Source: Bdellovibrionia bacterium
Lineage (GTDB): Bacteria > Bdellovibrionota > UBA1018
Assembly (NCBI GenBank): GCA_045805065.1
Contig: JBJMMA010000103.1
Coordinates: 1 to 27,693 of the forward strand
DNA length: 27,693 bases
Direction of reading: 5' to 3'
Shown here: piece after piece, positions 24,619 to 27,693 of the stretch
How the letters are laid out: each line of letters opens with the position of its first letter
Position numbering within the stretch: the first letter of the stretch is position 1
Translations under genes and position numbers: made by a program
The notes under the pieces: model-generated
Told to the model about the DNA's origin: nothing
Databases searched by the model: none
What the model saw: the letters and a program-made list of their open reading frames with translations, nothing else

Positions 24619-26449
24619 ATACTGTACCTCTTCCTGCGCCCTGACGGACGACAAGTTTTTGATCCACGAGATAAGCTAAATCGCGCGCCACCGTGCGCTC
24701 CGGAGCATTGAGAGCTTTGACGGCCTCAGTGCGTGTCACACGTCCGCGATATTTGAGCAAAGTGAGAATGCGAATCTTTCTTTCATCTAAAGGTGATTGT
24801 CGAAGGCTTGCTTCATCAGCCGGTAGGATCGCTAAAAATGGGCGTCCCTCTGGGTTGAGTCTCAGCGCACCTGATTCGAACGATATCCAGCTTCCGCCCA
24901 GAAGTTTTCTGAGACGCGAGCTTGTTCGGTACAAAACCGTGTCATGAGTCAGTGGATTGTAAAGCTCGTCCCAAACCTGGCTGACCAGGTCTTCCTTGGA
25001 AAGGGCGTTGGGGTAGGCCGCAACCAGGGTAAAGAGAAGCTTTCTTTGGATGGGAAGCTTTTCGATCTGAATAAGCGAGGCAGTTTTGTTTTTTTGAGGC
25101 ACGCGGATGAGCTGTCTTGCGCCATCAATGAGCAAGGCAGAAGCATGGGCTCCGCTTCCGCGAAGTGCTTCATCCAACAGCGTATGGGCTTCGTCCGAAG
25201 TTATGGCTTTATGCCCGTTCTGAGTGAAAGCCAAAAGCTGGTCTTTTCTGGCAGGAAGAAGTGATGCCCACTTGTGCGCGACTTTTCTCTCCTGAGCAGA
25301 ATAAAGTTCGAGCAGCTCTGGAGCTTCGCTCAGCTCTTGCTCGATGCACCGGACGAGATGAACCATGCCCTGCGTGCGAGCAATAGTGAGTGCCTGAGTC
25401 AGTGAAGTTTTGGCAAGGTCGACGCTTTTGTTTCGAGCCTGAACCCAGGCAAGCGCGCGATACCCCCAGGCCTGATTGGCAGGATGAGTTTGCTGCGTGG
25501 CTTGATGAGCTTGAACTTCAAGCTTCTTCCAAGATCCTTTGATGAAAAGCTCCTGAAGATTTGCGGCCAGATGGTAACTCGTCTCACGAGCTTTGCCGCG
25601 TCCCAAATGGAGACGCTCGCTAAAGGAGGAAAGTGCTTCGATCTCAGAGCTGAATTGTTTTTCCTGGGCATCATTCAAATGCGCAAAAAGTTTTGCTCGA
25701 GCTTTCTCGGTCTCGCTGAATGAATCAGTCATGAGCGAGTGCTCCCAACCATAAAGCAGGTAGAGAGTTTTCTGCGAGAGCGTGGCCTGAGGAGGAAGGG
25801 CCGCAGGTTTTACCAATGGCCCGTGATCCATTCCAAGTTTCCAAGAGAAAAGCAGGTAAGAGGCTTGAAGAGTCGACTCAGGAAGTTTTGCAAGAAGTGC
25901 AGTGCCTTTAGTGAGGCAGGCTTTTGCTTCGCGCACTTCTTGAGCGCGGTCCCAGGATACGGCCGCATTCAGCCAGGCACGACATGCCGATTCGTTTTTC
26001 AAAAGGGCAGAAGCAAGCTTTGCGGCGCGCTCATTTTTTCGGGCTGACTCGATAAAGTCTTCTTGGAAAAAAAGATAAATCGCTTCTTCCAGGTGAAGAT
26101 CAATCTGGATCTCTGCGGCTGCTTTTTGAAGTGCCACGACCCCATTGTTCAAGAGAGGCGCAAGAACCTGAGAGCAGTTTTGGTATTGCTCGCGAGCTTG
26201 AGTCCAGTCCCCGCTTCGGCGCAAGGCGATTCCCATCAAGAGATGAGCTCGCGCCTGAGCGGGGCCTGAATTCTGTTGGGAAGCGACCTCCAGCAGGTCG
26301 CGTGCAGAGGCCAGGGCCTTCTTGAAAGAGGCTTGCCGCTGGTCATTCTCTGCGTCTTCCTGAGCCTTTTGAAGCCGACGAGGCGCCGGAAGCAGTTCCA
26401 GCGCCTCAGCCAGTTCAAAAGTCTCGAGAGAATTCTCCCTGACGTCCAT
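24602..26449 (-). CDS. TPR-repeat protein with an OmpR-type winged HTH and a C-terminal DeoR-like HTH (putative regulator)
   Basis: Ala/Leu-rich TPR-like helices, then LSKEDLVSQVWDELYNPLTHDTVLYRTSSRLRKLL, then VTRTEAVKALNAPERTVARDLAYLVDQKLVVRQGAGRGTVY. Confidence 0.8.
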   Translation of the reverse strand: MDVRENSLETFELAEALELLPAPRRLQKAQEDAENDQRQASFKKALASARDLLEVASQQNSGPAQARAHLLMGIALRRSGDWTQAREQYQNCSQVLAPLLNNGVVALQKAAAEIQIDLHLEEAIYLFFQEDFIESARKNERAAKLASALLKNESACRAWLNAAVSWDRAQEVREAKACLTKGTALLAKLPESTLQASYLLFSWKLGMDHGPLVKPAALPPQATLSQKTLYLLYGWEHSLMTDSFSETEKARAKLFAHLNDAQEKQFSSEIEALSSFSERLHLGRGKARETSYHLAANLQELFIKGSWKKLEVQAHQATQQTHPANQAWGYRALAWVQARNKSVDLAKTSLTQALTIARTQGMVHLVRCIEQELSEAPELLELYSAQERKVAHKWASLLPARKDQLLAFTQNGHKAITSDEAHTLLDEALRGSGAHASALLIDGARQLIRVPQKNKTASLIQIEKLPIQRKLLFTLVAAYPNALSKEDLVSQVWDELYNPLTHDTVLYRTSSRLRKLLGGSWISFESGALRLNPEGRPFLAILPADEASLRQSPLDERKIRILTLLKYRGRVTRTEAVKALNAPERTVARDLAYLVDQKLVVRQGAGRGTVYVPAL

Positions 26450-27678
26450 TACTTGCGGCCTTTTTGATTCTTGATTCTTTGAGCGTCGCGGGCATCGAAG
26501 GTTCTGATGTCCACATTGCCCGAGAGGCCAAGCTTATAAGCTGCGGCGCTCATGTTGAGAATCAATGCCGTTGCCTTTTCGTCCGAGACAGAGAGCTTGT
26601 CGGTCAAAAGGGCGTTGAACGCGTCGGATTCCCAAAGCGTCTTGAGTCCCACGACCGCGTCGTGCGCGCCGACATCGCCATAGGCTTCGGCAGCAGGAAC
26701 GACTTGCGTGACCAGCTGATACATGACCGGTTGAACAACGGACTTCTCAGTGATCGTAAGACCAGTCGAGAAATTGCTCATCAGATCGAGCAGAACGCGG
26801 CCATAATCTGCCACTTGCTTTGCAGCAACGTCGGAGTCCAGGCCATAAGCATCGGTCAGATGCTGAATGGAAGCGTTGATCACATCCACCGATTGCTGAT
26901 TGATCTTGGAGACGCCATCAGCGGACGAGCCAAATTGTGCGAGCTCAGCAAAGTCGTCCTTAAGATACCGATAATAGGCAGCGAGAAGGCTTGCCTGATC
27001 CGCAAAGCTTCGATGAGTCAGAGGCAGGGCCTTTTCTCCATTGGCGGATTTGGATTTCTCTGCATCGATTTTTCTGACAAATGCATCCGTCGCATTGAAA
27101 AAGCCATCAAGCGTTTTTCTCTGACGAGGCAGAAGCTGCAGATGGCTTAGCGCGGATTGAATTGCACGAACGTTGTAATCCACTGCCGCGTTGGAGCTGT
27201 CGTAGAAGAAGCTGCTTTGAGCAAGCTGTTTGGCTTTTTCGCTCATTTCGGCCTTAATCGTACCGTAGCCGACGCTTCTGCACGAGTAATCGAAAAGTCC
27301 GCTGATTGACTGATGTTCCCACCTGATGTCGCTTGTCCGGATGACAACCAGATCACTGCAAGTCAGACCATATTGAAAGAGGCCTGAGATCTCATTGCAA
27401 AGCTCGTTCGAAGCTCGGGCAACATCAGTGCTGTAGCTGTTTGAATGGTCAGGATTGTAAGAGCACCAGTTCGAAGTATGATTAGGGCCGTACTTGATCT
27501 CAACGTACTTGGCGTTGAAGTCGCGGATCGCTTTGTCCAGGAACGCGGCCTTGTTCGCGATTTCCTGTGAAGAAGGCCCCGTTCCGTTTGGAGCGCTTTT
27601 TCCCATGGCAAAGCTTGCCGAGGGCGCAGTCAGCGCGAGAACGCAGGCGAATATTAAAAGGGTAGAAGTGGTTTTCAT
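26449..27678 (-). CDS. Hypothetical secreted protein
   Basis: 409 aa, signal peptide ending SFA-MGK, four Cys in the N-terminal domain, helical C-terminal domain; TAATG stop/start overlap with the next gene. Confidence 0.8.
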   Translation of the reverse strand: MKTTSTLLIFACVLALTAPSASFAMGKSAPNGTGPSSQEIANKAAFLDKAIRDFNAKYVEIKYGPNHTSNWCSYNPDHSNSYSTDVARASNELCNEISGLFQYGLTCSDLVVIRTSDIRWEHQSISGLFDYSCRSVGYGTIKAEMSEKAKQLAQSSFFYDSSNAAVDYNVRAIQSALSHLQLLPRQRKTLDGFFNATDAFVRKIDAEKSKSANGEKALPLTHRSFADQASLLAAYYRYLKDDFAELAQFGSSADGVSKINQQSVDVINASIQHLTDAYGLDSDVAAKQVADYGRVLLDLMSNFSTGLTITEKSVVQPVMYQLVTQVVPAAEAYGDVGAHDAVVGLKTLWESDAFNALLTDKLSVSDEKATALILNMSAAAYKLGLSGNVDIRTFDARDAQRIKNQKGRK

Positions 27679-27693
27679 TGTAAATTTCTCCGA

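Noticed and set aside
26464..27150. 228-aa plus-strand ORF (and similarly 19749-20489 minus)
   Set aside because: Antisense to better-supported genes that have a signal peptide or family motifs.

Overview
A ~27.7 kb bacterial chromosomal segment, most likely from the Bdellovibrionota (Bdellovibrionia/Oligoflexia-like). This is inferred from two TIGR02147/DUF4423-type HTH genes, a TPR-wHTH regulator and many orphan signal-peptide proteins. Housekeeping blocks are gap-pgk-tpiA, polX-nth, lon, bolA-grxD, an ABC1/AarF kinase, a long-chain acyl-CoA ligase and an MTH1/MutT-like NUDIX gene; orphan secreted proteins lie between them. Main observations: (1) two separate 'TIGR02147 regulator divergent from a secreted protein with a Gly-rich N-terminus' modules that share the palindrome TTTACA-N3-TGTAAA and a TTGACA 15-16 nt away; (2) a 239-nt inverted-repeat element with a perfect 36-bp stem, REP-like terminal hairpins and a branched loop; (3) an unannotated 49-aa very basic protein with its own SD and terminator; (4) several sigma54-type -24/-12 motifs placed so that the start codon falls at about the predicted TSS; (5) a PolX lacking its polymerase aspartates but with an intact PHP domain; (6) a coupled operon of secreted protein, TPR-wHTH-HTH regulator and secreted trypsin-like protease. 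No rRNA, tRNA, CRISPR array or transposase was seen. All family calls come from motif recognition by eye, not from searches.
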